31,560 nucleotides of DNA from Deltaproteobacteria bacterium TL4 (GCA_051382335.1 JBBCAX010000418.1:1-31560), one strand, 5' to 3'. Positions 8,777-18,779 are shown, counted from the first letter of the stretch. Notes: generated from the letters alone by a model not told the origin. Translations and numbers: made by a program.

Positions 8777-9304
8777 ATGGATCTACAAGTGATCATACAG
8801 GAGCTTCCTTCGGACTCACCGATTTTTTACCGTGGAACTCTGGCCATAAGTGAACTGTCAAGGCTAACAGAGGTCGTTGGCCCCCAGCGTACTGTTGTGA
8901 CCTATTCAATGGAAGTGAGTCGTGATCAGCAAAACGTTATGATAACGGGGGTGGTTCGTGGTCAGTGGGACTTGAGTTGTGACCGTTGTTTGGAGATTTA
9001 CACGAGTTCCTACGAGTCTACCTTTGAAATGGCTTTTTTGCCAGAAGTCTCGGAAAGTCATCAGTCAGAGATGGTCCTTTCCTTGAATGACCTGGATTGT
9101 GACTTCTATAGCGGAGATAAAATTGCGTTAATAGACTTGTTGGAAGATCAGGTACTTTTGGAGCTTCCAATGAAAATGCTTTGCAGTGAAGACTGTAAGG
9201 GCCGTTGTTCTGATTGTGGTATCAACCTTAATCAACAGTCCTGTCAGTGTTCCTCAAGGATTCCTGAGGATCATCCCTTTGCGGTGTTATCCAAGCGTAA
9301 ATGA
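8777..9304 (+). CDS. yceD: YceD/DUF177 family protein (23S rRNA accumulation protein), upstream partner of rpmF-plsX
   Basis: C-terminal CxxC...CxxC pair (CSEDCKGRCSDCG...CQC). Conserved yceD-rpmF-plsX synteny. Confidence 0.7.
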   Translation: MDLQVIIQELPSDSPIFYRGTLAISELSRLTEVVGPQRTVVTYSMEVSRDQQNVMITGVVRGQWDLSCDRCLEIYTSSYESTFEMAFLPEVSESHQSEMVLSLNDLDCDFYSGDKIALIDLLEDQVLLELPMKMLCSEDCKGRCSDCGINLNQQSCQCSSRIPEDHPFAVLSKRK

Positions 9305-9448
9305 TCAGTAGCGATCGTAATAGGAACGAGATACATGGGAAGGGGAGATTGTTGAGGCCCGTTCCTTAAAAACAAGAAACACATAGAGCATTGTACGAAA
9401 GAAACCTAAGGTTCTTTTGCTCTCATTAATGATTGGATTGGAGAAATC

Positions 9449-9631
9449 ATGGCAGTACCTAGAAGAAGAATGTCACGTAGTAAACGTGATTCTAGACGAG
9501 CGCACATCAAGTTATCAGTCCCCGCGCTTTCATCCTGTACGAATTGTCAAACCTTAATTCGTCCTCACCGGGTTTGTTCTGAATGTGGTTACTATAAAGG
9601 TGTTCAAATTATTCAACTGGGAGAATTCTAA
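9449..9631 (+). CDS. rpmF: 50S ribosomal protein L32
   Basis: MAVPRRRMSRSKRDSRRAH...CxxC...CxxCG, 60 aa. Confidence 0.9.
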   Translation: MAVPRRRMSRSKRDSRRAHIKLSVPALSSCTNCQTLIRPHRVCSECGYYKGVQIIQLGEF

Positions 9632-9858
9632 GTAAGCGGAGATATTAGGCAGATTGCTGCCTAAGCCCAAGAATCCCCTAGATTTATCTATGGGGAGTTG
9701 TCAAGATTCCACCGGGTTCTCTTGGGAGTCTGTTGTTGCTCTCGTCCCACTCTTACATCGCTTACTGTGAAGTTGGATGTTCTTGTTGTAAGCCCTCTTG
9801 ACTTATGTGGCAGGAGTTTTACCACAGTACCAATTGTTGACAGGAAAGGTTATCTGAA

Positions 9859-10899
9859 ATGGCGATTGCGGTAGATGTGATGGGAGGCGATTTCCCCGTT
9901 GTAGTTCCGGTCAAAGGTACGATCGATGCTGTAAATGCTTTTGGTTTTGACGTCATTTTGGTGGGGGATAGAGAGCAAATTCATAGCGAATTGAAAAAGC
10001 ATCGTTTTGACAAAAGTAAAGTCCGCATTGTGCATTGCTCCGAAGTTGTAGAAATGGAGGAAGCGCCCGCGATGGCGTTGAGACAAAAAAAAGATTCTTC
10101 CATCAGGGTTGCCGTTGATCTTCATAAACGGGGTGAGGCGGACGCTGTTGTCAGTGCGGGGCACTCAGGTGCCGCGATGACCACGGCAAAATTCGTATTG
10201 AAGCCTCTCAAAGGAATTGACCGACCGGCGATAGCAACCGTGATGCCTGCCTTAAAAGGTTCTTTCATGTTGCTCGATATTGGAGCAAACACCGATTGCA
10301 AAGCCCAGTATTTACTTCAGTTTGCCTTCATGGGGGATGCCTACGCCCGGACTCTCTTGAACCTGGAGCATCCTCGAATTGCGCTGTTAAGCAATGGTGA
10401 AGAGGAAGGAAAAGGGAATGCTGTTGTCAAAGAAACGTATAAATTACTAACAGACAGTAGTTTGAGATTTGTTGGCAATGTCGAGGGAAAAACCATGTTT
10501 AAAGGAGTTGCGGATGTTATTGTTTGTGATGGTTTTGTGGGCAATATTTCGCTGAAAGTCGCCGAGGGAACATTTGACTTCATACAACAGGTATTGAGAA
10601 AGGAAATAAAAGGTTCTTTGTTGGCATCCTTGAGCTATCTCGGCATGAAAGGTCCCTTCAATTCTCTCCGAAAGCGTGCGGATTACACCAATGTTGGAGG
10701 AGCCCCTCTGCTGGGAGTGCAAGGCATTGTGATCATCTGCCACGGTAACTCTAAAGACCATACCATCTGTAATGCGGTAAAACATGCTCAAGAATGTGCA
10801 CGCTTGCGCCTCAACGACACGATTTCCCAAGTCCTCAGCGCGAATGCGAATCTACTGCAGCAAGCGAACACTCTCTTAGAAACTGCACTTCAGCCCTGA
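9859..10899 (+). CDS. plsX: Phosphate acyltransferase PlsX
   Basis: MAIAVDVMGGDFPV N-terminus. GHSGAAMT and ICHGNS motifs. 346 aa. Follows rpmF. Confidence 0.9.
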   Translation: MAIAVDVMGGDFPVVVPVKGTIDAVNAFGFDVILVGDREQIHSELKKHRFDKSKVRIVHCSEVVEMEEAPAMALRQKKDSSIRVAVDLHKRGEADAVVSAGHSGAAMTTAKFVLKPLKGIDRPAIATVMPALKGSFMLLDIGANTDCKAQYLLQFAFMGDAYARTLLNLEHPRIALLSNGEEEGKGNAVVKETYKLLTDSSLRFVGNVEGKTMFKGVADVIVCDGFVGNISLKVAEGTFDFIQQVLRKEIKGSLLASLSYLGMKGPFNSLRKRADYTNVGGAPLLGVQGIVIICHGNSKDHTICNAVKHAQECARLRLNDTISQVLSANANLLQQANTLLETALQP

Positions 10900-10967
10900 G
10901 CCTCCCTAAATCGCGCGCCGTGGAGATGCTGGAAATGTCATCTGAACTGGAAAAGACTCACGACGCC

Positions 10968-12188
10968 TTAAGTGAGACACTGGGTGTTTGACAAATGGAC
11001 AGAAACAACAGAGCCTATCTCAAAGGAAGGGGCGTTTTCAGGAACAACAATCAGCGCATTTGCGCCTGCCAAGGAACGTAAACTGTGCGAACCCTGAAAC
11101 GACATGGGTTGGACATAAAATTTTCCGTTTTCCTGACGTAAACAAGCCCGGAGAAATTGTCGACGTCCTGAACGCTCGGTGATGGGAGAATCCAGTTGTG
11201 CTTGAAGGGATTCTGGTTGTGGCCGCGTATATCCCAGCGCTTTTCGTAGCGCGGGTTTCACAAATTCCTCATACACGACATAACTGGATGCGGGATTGCC
11301 AGGCATCCCGAAAATTAATTGCGTCCCTTTTTTCCCGAAGAAAAAAGGCTTTCCCGGTTTGATCCCGACTTTCCAAAATACCTCTTCAACGCCTAACTCT
11401 CCCAAGACCCTTTTAACATAATCATGCTCTCCCACCGAGACCCCTCCAGAGATCATCACCATATCGGCAGCTAACGCTTCTTTTAGCTTGTCACGGAGCA
11501 GACCAGGGTTATCTTCCACAATGCCCATTCGGGTACAAGTGCAGTTTAACTCCCGGATCAAGGCTTCCAGCATATAACTGTTGGTATCTCTGATTTGACC
11601 AGGTTGTAAGGATTCTGAAACGTCAACAAGTTCACTTCCTGTCGCAAGCACCGCAACGTGGAGCGGTCGATAAACTTTGACGCGGGCATACCCAAACGCC
11701 GCAAGCAAAGCGATCTGTGGGGCTGCTAACCGGACACCGGGTTGCAACACTGTTTCTCCCTCCTGAATATCCTCACCTCGAAGCCGTATATTTTCTCCAC
11801 GTTGAGGCGGACGGAAGAAGAGGACCTGTTCGCCTTCCAGCTTAATACTTTCTTTCATCACCACGGCGTCCACTCCAGGAGGAATCTCGGCGCCGGTCGC
11901 AATTTGGTAGCATTCACCTGTTTGCAGTTCTCTGGAATTAGGGGTACCCGCAGGTACAAAGTCCACCTTCTTCAAAAAAACCGGAAAAGATGGAGAGGCC
12001 GAGTCCAAATTAGCGGCACGGACACCATATCCATCCATGGCAGAGTTGTCAAAAGCAGGAATAGCGCAGGAGGCAAGGACCTCTTCCGCTAAAATCAACC
12101 CGCTTACCTGCTCCAAAGGTCGTGTTTCAACAGGTTGAAAGGGGGTGTGTTCAAGAATAATTTGTAGTGCCTGATCTGGATGCATCAT
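10968..12188 (-). CDS. moeA: Molybdopterin molybdenumtransferase MoeA
   Basis: MISGGVSVGEHDYVK and GMPGNPAS motifs. 406 aa. MoeA N, MogA-like and C domains in order. Confidence 0.85.
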   Translation of the reverse strand: MMHPDQALQIILEHTPFQPVETRPLEQVSGLILAEEVLASCAIPAFDNSAMDGYGVRAANLDSASPSFPVFLKKVDFVPAGTPNSRELQTGECYQIATGAEIPPGVDAVVMKESIKLEGEQVLFFRPPQRGENIRLRGEDIQEGETVLQPGVRLAAPQIALLAAFGYARVKVYRPLHVAVLATGSELVDVSESLQPGQIRDTNSYMLEALIRELNCTCTRMGIVEDNPGLLRDKLKEALAADMVMISGGVSVGEHDYVKRVLGELGVEEVFWKVGIKPGKPFFFGKKGTQLIFGMPGNPASSYVVYEEFVKPALRKALGYTRPQPESLQAQLDSPITERSGRRQFLRACLRQENGKFYVQPMSFQGSHSLRSLAGANALIVVPENAPSFEIGSVVSVHLSNTQCLT

Positions 12189-12236
12189 AATTACCTGTAA
12201 GCAAATAGAGGTGTTTGTAACTCCGACGACAAGGGT

Positions 12237-13556
12237 TCAGTGTCTCGAGGAAACAGCGTTATTTTTCATAGCATAGAGGGCCAATCCGATACTCATACAA
12301 AGCATCGTTTGGACTTCTCCATCGCGGAAATTATTTTCAAAAAAACCAGCAACCGCAAAACCTGAAATCCCGGCGAGACTTCCCCACAAGAGCGACGCAG
12401 AAAAACTATGAGCAGGGGACGATCTCAGGGCAAGGGCAATTTGTATGCTTAAAGTAACCAGGATACTCAAATAACTGAGCAAACCGATAATCCCCAGATT
12501 CAACCAGGTTTGGAGATAAATATTATGAACGCCCGCACTTGCCGCGTTATAAAAATCATGTCCTGTCCTACGTGAAATCGGCCGACGATAATAGGGCATC
12601 GTGTCTGAATCAGCACGTATCCCTATGCCTAACCATGGATGGTCCTCAATGGCATCAATCGCAGATTGCCACATCAGCAAACGATCCTGGTTATATTTCA
12701 AGACAAAGGTGCTTTTCAAACGTTCCCACATCAAACTGGAATTTGAGGATTCATGGCTTAATTGGGGGGAGTGCAAGGTAAAATAATAGATAAACAGGCT
12801 CAACACCAGTAGCGAAAGAACACTCAGGAAAGCAAATAATTTTTTAGAAACGCTGAAGAACAACACCCCTAAAGCGACAAGACTTCCTATCCAAACACTG
12901 CGAGCTAATGATGCGGCAATGGCTCCTAAAACAAGGGTTGTTCCCAAAGTGTAGGTTACGCGTTTCCAAACAGGCAGCGTTTTGCATAAGCTCAAAGACG
13001 CAAGGAAAGGGAAGCTCAGCAATAACACGCCTCCAAAGGTCAAATGATTCGCAAAATTTCCCTTGGCATGAAAAACATTCGCATAGCCATCGACAGGAAA
13101 ACAGGGATGTTTGTAGGGTTTGGCGGATTGGTTTTCAGGTAAATGAAACCAGTCGGCTCCTGTAAAATATTGAATCATGCCATAGAGCGACATGAACACC
13201 AGAAAGACGAAAAAGACTTGAAGTAAGGAGTCCACCTTCGTATCTTCCAAGCCAAGTAAAAACATAAAAGGTAATAAAATTCTCCAGTTGCTATGAATGC
13301 CTGTCCACAAACCCACGTTAGGCGTCATGAAGCCTGAGAACCCGTTAATGCCCACAAAGATTAAGGTGGCAATCAGCACAGGATTCCAGGATTTCCACTG
13401 AAATTGCCCTCTTCCCCATTGCATCAAAAAAACCAGATAGAGTCCGACTATGGCAGTGTCCGCGCCTGCGATAGAAAAGGTACTGGTGGCAAACAAGCTA
13501 TAAATGAAGATTTTGTTCCAGCCTGAAGATGACGAAAGCAAGGGGGGAAGGGACAT
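12237..13556 (-). CDS. O-antigen ligase (Wzy_C/RfaL/PglL) family polytopic membrane protein
   Basis: About 10-12 predicted TM helices. Large periplasmic loop carrying a GVHNIYLQTWLNLGIIGL motif typical of Wzy_C-domain proteins. 7-nt gap to the upstream gene. Confidence 0.55.
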   Translation of the reverse strand: MSLPPLLSSSSGWNKIFIYSLFATSTFSIAGADTAIVGLYLVFLMQWGRGQFQWKSWNPVLIATLIFVGINGFSGFMTPNVGLWTGIHSNWRILLPFMFLLGLEDTKVDSLLQVFFVFLVFMSLYGMIQYFTGADWFHLPENQSAKPYKHPCFPVDGYANVFHAKGNFANHLTFGGVLLLSFPFLASLSLCKTLPVWKRVTYTLGTTLVLGAIAASLARSVWIGSLVALGVLFFSVSKKLFAFLSVLSLLVLSLFIYYFTLHSPQLSHESSNSSLMWERLKSTFVLKYNQDRLLMWQSAIDAIEDHPWLGIGIRADSDTMPYYRRPISRRTGHDFYNAASAGVHNIYLQTWLNLGIIGLLSYLSILVTLSIQIALALRSSPAHSFSASLLWGSLAGISGFAVAGFFENNFRDGEVQTMLCMSIGLALYAMKNNAVSSRH

Positions 13557-13562
13557 TGAAAA

Positions 13563-14051
13563 CTACCGCAAAATATCATTAATGGTGAAATGGAAATCAG
13601 GATCCGAGGCATGGTGATGTAAATAATTATGAGCTAACCCTACGAGTTCCATTTGAATAATGGTGATGATGTTAGGGATGATGTCACTGATGTCGGTCAA
13701 AGAACGCATTTCTCTTTGAAAGCGCTTGAAGTCATTGGTCAACTTCGTGATGACCTGATTGGTTCGCTTTAAAAAAGCAATGACGTCCTCAGGTTTTAAT
13801 TCATCGGTTTCTCGGATAAAATAATCCAAGTCATGCTCATACAACCCATAAAACAACATTACTCTGAAATTTTGAACTTCAAAGCAATTTTTTAAGGCAA
13901 ACTCAAAAAAATCCCATAATAAGGCTTGTTGGGCAGGAACGCCTTTGATTAGAGTCAAGCTGTTGATCCCGTAATGCCTGTAATGAAAGCGGGGAACTGT
14001 GATGCTGCACAGAGGATGACTGCATTGACTGCATTGATCGATTAAACTCAT
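13563..14051 (-). CDS. Hypothetical Cys/His-rich cytoplasmic protein, translationally coupled to the upstream MinD-like ATPase
   Basis: 4-nt ATGA overlap with the preceding gene. N-terminal CSQCSHPLCS. C-terminal HNYLHHHASDPDFH. No recognisable family. Confidence 0.4.
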   Translation of the reverse strand: MSLIDQCSQCSHPLCSITVPRFHYRHYGINSLTLIKGVPAQQALLWDFFEFALKNCFEVQNFRVMLFYGLYEHDLDYFIRETDELKPEDVIAFLKRTNQVITKLTNDFKRFQREMRSLTDISDIIPNIITIIQMELVGLAHNYLHHHASDPDFHFTINDILR

Positions 14052-15025
14052 AGTGGTCGATAATCTTGGTAAAAAGCTTGGGATTCTAAGATCAGTTCAT
14101 GGGCACTGTTTTCCAAAGGATCTTCCCACTGCTCAACAATCCGGGCGGCGAGAGAGGTAATCCTGCGAGCAATACTGCTTTCGGGATAATTCGGTAGTAA
14201 CGGAATACTACGATAAGTGGATTCTCTGGCACAACGGTCCTCAAAAACACTGCCAAAATGAGTTAACGACATTGACAGCAAATCGTGACTGCTTTCATCC
14301 AATTTATGAGACACCTTCAGTTGTTCCGGCAACAGGCAAAAATTATAAAGAATACGAGGTTGGTAGCGTCTGCAAATTTGACGCGCTTTTGCTCCTGCTT
14401 CAGGAAGAATTTTTTCAAGCCCTTCAACCATCATTTCAATGGTCAACTGTCCTTCTCGTGTCGGAATTTTACGAAAATCCTGAAGCGCCTCATAAACATC
14501 CGGATATTTTTTTAATTGTCGATCAAAAGCCCGAAATAAAAAATTTCTTAAAAAAACCAACAAATTCATCAAAGAGGGGTATTCCGGCGTGGTGACCATT
14601 AACCCCTGCTCCGAAAGCGCAAAAAAGTCCAGAGTATTAAACCCACTTCCGCCACCCAAATCGATCAAAATATATTTTGCTTTGAGCCAGCGGATGGCTA
14701 ACATGAGGCGAACTTTCTCAGAAAAGGCAATATTCGCCATACACGGTGTCCGCACATCACCTGGAATAAAACTTAAATTCGGAACTGAGGTCTGTAACAT
14801 TAAATCTTCAAGACGTCCATGCCGGGCTATTAAATAATCACCAATCCCCGGGTACTTGTTCGGAATCCCTAAGTACGAATGTAGATTAGACCCTCCCAGA
14901 TCCAGATCTATCGCAATGGTTTGATGTCCGTCATTGGCCAGTGCAATTGCCAAATTCGCAGTAATCAGGCTCTTACCAACTCCTCCTTTACCACTTGCAA
15001 CGGCAATAATTATGGGCTTTGTCAT
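14048..15025 (-). CDS. MinD/ParA-family P-loop ATPase with a C-terminal extension of about 150 aa
   Basis: Deviant Walker A AVASGKGGVGKS. DLDLGGSNL switch. ILIDLGGG Walker B. MVTTPE motif, as in MinD IITTPE. The C-terminal half has no recognisable homology. Confidence 0.7.
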   Translation of the reverse strand: MTKPIIIAVASGKGGVGKSLITANLAIALANDGHQTIAIDLDLGGSNLHSYLGIPNKYPGIGDYLIARHGRLEDLMLQTSVPNLSFIPGDVRTPCMANIAFSEKVRLMLAIRWLKAKYILIDLGGGSGFNTLDFFALSEQGLMVTTPEYPSLMNLLVFLRNFLFRAFDRQLKKYPDVYEALQDFRKIPTREGQLTIEMMVEGLEKILPEAGAKARQICRRYQPRILYNFCLLPEQLKVSHKLDESSHDLLSMSLTHFGSVFEDRCARESTYRSIPLLPNYPESSIARRITSLAARIVEQWEDPLENSAHELILESQAFYQDYRPL

Positions 15026-15293
15026 AGGTCATTTGTAAAAGAGAATAACTTTAATAAGGGTTTGTCCTACTTAGGGTTTACCTGTTTTTAATGCGTAAGA
15101 TCAATGTTTATTTAATAATATCAGTATAACCTATTTATTTACCTACCTATCCAATCTCTTTTAGAGGATCCAGACAAAAACTTGCCTTGATGTTTAGCCT
15201 CACCTGACTTATGAATCATGATGTAACTCTAAAGGGTAGCTTCTGAAACAGAGGATCTCAGTACATTACTAATAATTATCAGTGAAGGTTAAA

Positions 15294-15875
15294 ATGAGCG
15301 AGGAGAAAAAAGAGGATCTTATGGAAATGATGGGACTTGCGAACAAGTTACTGCAAACGCGAACCATTGTAATTTCTCAACAAGTGGATTCGGCATTAAC
15401 TTCGAAAGTCTTGAATCAACTCATCTTGTTAGAGCAGGAAGCTCCGGAAGACCCCATTACCGTATACATCAATAGTCCGGGCGGCGAAGTCTTTTCAGGG
15501 TTTGCGATTTATGATATGCTACAGTTTATCCAATGTCCGATAACCACCATTGTGACCGGGTTTGCGGCGAGCATGGGATCCATCCTCAGTTTAGCGGCAG
15601 ACAAAGGTCGACGTTTTGCGATGCCTCATGCGAAAATCATGATTCATCAACCCTTGCTCATGGGGTACCAGGGCAGAGCCACAGACTGTGAAATTCAAGC
15701 CGGTGAAATCTTGAAAACACGGGACACCATTATCGATATTTATTGTAAGGCCACAGGCAAAAACTATGAGGAGATCAAAATGGCCATTGATCGCGACAAG
15801 TGGTTCTTTGCTGACGATGCAAAAAACTTTGGCTTGTTGGATAAGGTGATTTATTCTAGAGCTGATTTGAAATAA
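15294..15875 (+). CDS. clpP: ATP-dependent Clp protease proteolytic subunit ClpP
   Basis: YINSPGG, GFAASMGS (Ser) and IMIHQP (His) catalytic motifs. The ATG at 15294 has a GAAGG RBS. Confidence 0.85.
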   Translation: MSEEKKEDLMEMMGLANKLLQTRTIVISQQVDSALTSKVLNQLILLEQEAPEDPITVYINSPGGEVFSGFAIYDMLQFIQCPITTIVTGFAASMGSILSLAADKGRRFAMPHAKIMIHQPLLMGYQGRATDCEIQAGEILKTRDTIIDIYCKATGKNYEEIKMAIDRDKWFFADDAKNFGLLDKVIYSRADLK

Positions 15876-15890
15876 AAGTGATGAGGATTC

Positions 15891-17660
15891 ATGCCGCAGG
15901 CATCAAAAAGTCGATTTGTGTTGCTATGGTCTTATCTTCGGAGGCATGTCTTTTGGTATTCCTTAGGCGTTTTTTTTATTATCTGTACGAACGGAATGAC
16001 CGTACTCGTCCCAAGGTATATTCAACTCAGTATTGATTTACTGAATGAGGACCTCAAGGAAAACCAGGCGCTCTTGTTTCAATACCTCACGGTGATGCTC
16101 TTTTTGTCCTGCGGCATAGTCTTCGTTCGAATACTTTCCCGGATTCTTTTCTTTAATCCAGGCAGAGCCATTGAAAATCAAATAAAAAATGATATTTTCG
16201 CCCATTTGATGACTCTTCAAAAAGACTACTATGACCAGAATCCTACAGGAAGTATCATTTCCAGGATCAATAATGATATCAGCGGAGTCCGCATGATCTG
16301 CGGTTTTGGAATGATGCAGCTTTTTAATATCATTTCCTCGCTGTCTCTGACTCCTTGGATGATGTGGCAACTCTCTCCACGTTTGACTTTATACTGCGCC
16401 ATCCCCATCATCGTGGTTTTTACCATTGTTCGGCTTGGGCTGCGATTCATGGTAAAAAACATCAATCAACATATGGAAAAGTTGCGAAATTTGTCTAGTT
16501 TCACCGTGGCGTCTCTTTCAGGAATCGATGTCCTTAAAAGCAACAATCTGAGTCCATGGGGCAGAAGACGGTTTGAAAGTGAAAATCGGGAAATACTCCA
16601 ACGCACACTGAATATCTCCTGGGCACGCTCTTTTCTGATGCCGGTGCTGGGCAACTTGGAAAATATTTTGAAAGTCCTGATTTTAGTCGTGGGCGGCTCC
16701 ATGGTGATTGAAAATCAATTTACGATTGGAGAACTAACCGCCTTCATTGCGTATTCCGCGCTGCTCACCATGCCTCTCATGGGCTTAGGCTGGGTAAGCA
16801 CCATGTTTCAGCAGGGCCTGGTGGGACTTTCAAGCTTGCAAACCATACTGGCGCAAACACCTCCTTTCCAAGAAACACTCCCTCTTTCCCAGAGGGAAAA
16901 GGCTCATCTTTTCGATCAGGGAATGACCCTGAAGAATTTGAGGTTCCGATATTCGGAAGATACAAAGGCGGTACTTTCAGAAGTCAGCTTCAGGATCCTG
17001 CCAGGACAAGTTCTTGGGATTCTCGGACGTATCGGCTCAGGCAAATCCACTCTGGTGAATTGTCTTAACCGGTATCTGAGAGTAGAATCTGGACAGATAT
17101 TCATGGGAGACAGGGATATCAACAGCTTAAGGTATGAAGATTTGAGGAATAGTGTTCACACGGTAACACAGGAACCTTTTTTGTTTTCCGCGTCTGTCGA
17201 AGAAAATATAGTGTTTGCTCTTCCTCCAAAACAACAACTTTCCGACTCCGCGTTGGCAACACTGTTGTATGAGTGTGCGCTTGAAAAAGAAGTCCAGCGT
17301 TTTCCTCAACAGCACCAGACTTTGGTCGGTGAAAAAGGCATCATGCTTTCAGGAGGACAAAAACAAAGGCTCAGTCTTGCCCGGGCGTTAGCGGCTCCTT
17401 GTGACTTGTTGATTCTCGACAATGTGTTATCTGCTGTTGATTATGAAACCGAGCGTTTTCTGCTGAAACAGATTTTTAAGAAACAACATGCCCGTTGTAT
17501 GCTGATTGTCTCACACCGGGCTACGGCTTTGGAAAAGGCGAATCATATTTTGGTTTTAGACGAAGGAAAAATTGTTGATCAGGGGACTCATGCAGAACTG
17601 GTAAACCGCCCAGGTTATTATCAGGAAACCTGGCTTCTGCAAAATCAAACTCAACCCTAA
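15891..17660 (+). CDS. ABC exporter with fused 6-TM permease and ATPase, MsbA/type-I-exporter-like
   Basis: N-terminal TM domain. Walker A GRIGSGKST. Signature LSGGQKQRLSLARAL. Walker B LLILDN. H-loop SHR. Begins 15 nt after clpP. Confidence 0.85.
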   Translation: MPQASKSRFVLLWSYLRRHVFWYSLGVFFIICTNGMTVLVPRYIQLSIDLLNEDLKENQALLFQYLTVMLFLSCGIVFVRILSRILFFNPGRAIENQIKNDIFAHLMTLQKDYYDQNPTGSIISRINNDISGVRMICGFGMMQLFNIISSLSLTPWMMWQLSPRLTLYCAIPIIVVFTIVRLGLRFMVKNINQHMEKLRNLSSFTVASLSGIDVLKSNNLSPWGRRRFESENREILQRTLNISWARSFLMPVLGNLENILKVLILVVGGSMVIENQFTIGELTAFIAYSALLTMPLMGLGWVSTMFQQGLVGLSSLQTILAQTPPFQETLPLSQREKAHLFDQGMTLKNLRFRYSEDTKAVLSEVSFRILPGQVLGILGRIGSGKSTLVNCLNRYLRVESGQIFMGDRDINSLRYEDLRNSVHTVTQEPFLFSASVEENIVFALPPKQQLSDSALATLLYECALEKEVQRFPQQHQTLVGEKGIMLSGGQKQRLSLARALAAPCDLLILDNVLSAVDYETERFLLKQIFKKQHARCMLIVSHRATALEKANHILVLDEGKIVDQGTHAELVNRPGYYQETWLLQNQTQP

Positions 17661-17675
17661 TATCGAGAGGTCTTT

Positions 17676-18224
17676 ATGCGTCGGATGCTTGTGTTTATCT
17701 GCCTTTTTGTTTTCATTGAAGGGGGATTCTCCCCAGCTGTTCCTGCTTTCTTTAATTATACACTGGAATATACCGCAGCGGAACTACAGGAAAAAATTGA
17801 TAAAAAATTTCCTTTGGAAATTAAAAAACCTTTCAGTCAGTTTAAATTTGAAGAACCGAGGGTGATCCTCAAGGAAGGCAATGACCGGATTGGACTCCAA
17901 GTCAAAGTGAGTGTGTGGGTTATGGAACAACTCGCCGGGATAGGGACTGTGGAATTAGATGGGAAGCTGCGGTATGAAAAAGAGCAAGGGGCCTTGTTTT
18001 TTGATGAACCAGAACTCCGAAAGTTGGAGATTGAGGGACTCCCGAAATCCTTATTATCTCAACTGCGGGAATTGCTGAACAACTCCCCCTTTAAACAGCA
18101 TTTTTCGGAAAAACCCCTTTATACACTGGATCCGAAAAAAACAGGACATCCACTGGCGAAGCTTTTATTAAAATCCGTCACAGTGAGCCACGGAAAGTTG
18201 ATCGCAACGATGGAACTTTTTTGA
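17676..18224 (+). CDS. Secreted hypothetical protein, possibly YceB/DUF1439-like
   Basis: N-terminal signal peptide MRRMLVFICLFVFIEG. 182 aa. GAGAGG RBS. The family assignment is tentative. Confidence 0.4.
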   Translation: MRRMLVFICLFVFIEGGFSPAVPAFFNYTLEYTAAELQEKIDKKFPLEIKKPFSQFKFEEPRVILKEGNDRIGLQVKVSVWVMEQLAGIGTVELDGKLRYEKEQGALFFDEPELRKLEIEGLPKSLLSQLRELLNNSPFKQHFSEKPLYTLDPKKTGHPLAKLLLKSVTVSHGKLIATMELF

Positions 18225-18293
18225 CAGAACGCTTAGAAAAGTTAAAAATTACATCGCTCCTTGTTCCCGTCTTTACCCATCAGGAGCTAAAGC

Positions 18294-18620
18294 TCATGTT
18301 CCTCCAAAACCTGGAATGTTCATTCCCGTTAAATTGCTAAGCTGTTCTCCAAGCGAGCTTTGCGCGACTTTTTGACTTTGTCGGATGCCTTCATTGATAG
18401 CAGACAGAATCAAATCTTGTAGCGTTTCAATATCCTTAGGGTCCACAACTTCTGGATCAATTTGAATGGAGAGAGCTTCTTGTTTTCCATTAAATCTCAT
18501 CTTGATCATTTCGCCTCCCACCGAGACCTCAACCGTTTTGTTCCCTAATTCTTTTTGCTGTTCCTGCATATTTTGAGAAATTTCTTGTGCTTTCTTAAGC
18601 AACTCTCCCATATCAAACAT
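18294..18620 (-). CDS. ybaB: Nucleoid-associated protein YbaB/EbfC
   Basis: MFDMGELLKKAQEISQNMQEQQKEL...GMNIPGF family signature. 108 aa. Downstream of dnaX. Confidence 0.85.
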   Translation of the reverse strand: MFDMGELLKKAQEISQNMQEQQKELGNKTVEVSVGGEMIKMRFNGKQEALSIQIDPEVVDPKDIETLQDLILSAINEGIRQSQKVAQSSLGEQLSNLTGMNIPGFGGT

Positions 18621-18779
18621 AGCAAACTCCTATTCTAATTAATAATTCAAGCAACGAATTCCCCTTTGTTAAATTGAGCAGTCACACGCACACAGACAAC
18701 AAAAAAATGGGGCAATGAGCCCTGAAAACTGAGGACTTACGAGTTAAGGTACAGGCCTGAAATAATTCTGCAAGAAAAA

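Noticed and set aside
10794-10991. 65-aa ORF spanning the convergent plsX/moeA junction
   Set aside because: It overlaps the 3' ends of both flanking genes and has no RBS. It is probably non-coding.
15026-15293. Possible sigma32-like promoter (cTTGccTTGAt...CCTGACTTAT) in the divergent ParA-like/clpP intergenic region
   Set aside because: The match to the CTTGAAA/CCCCATNT consensus and its spacing is poor. It is not confident enough to call as a feature.
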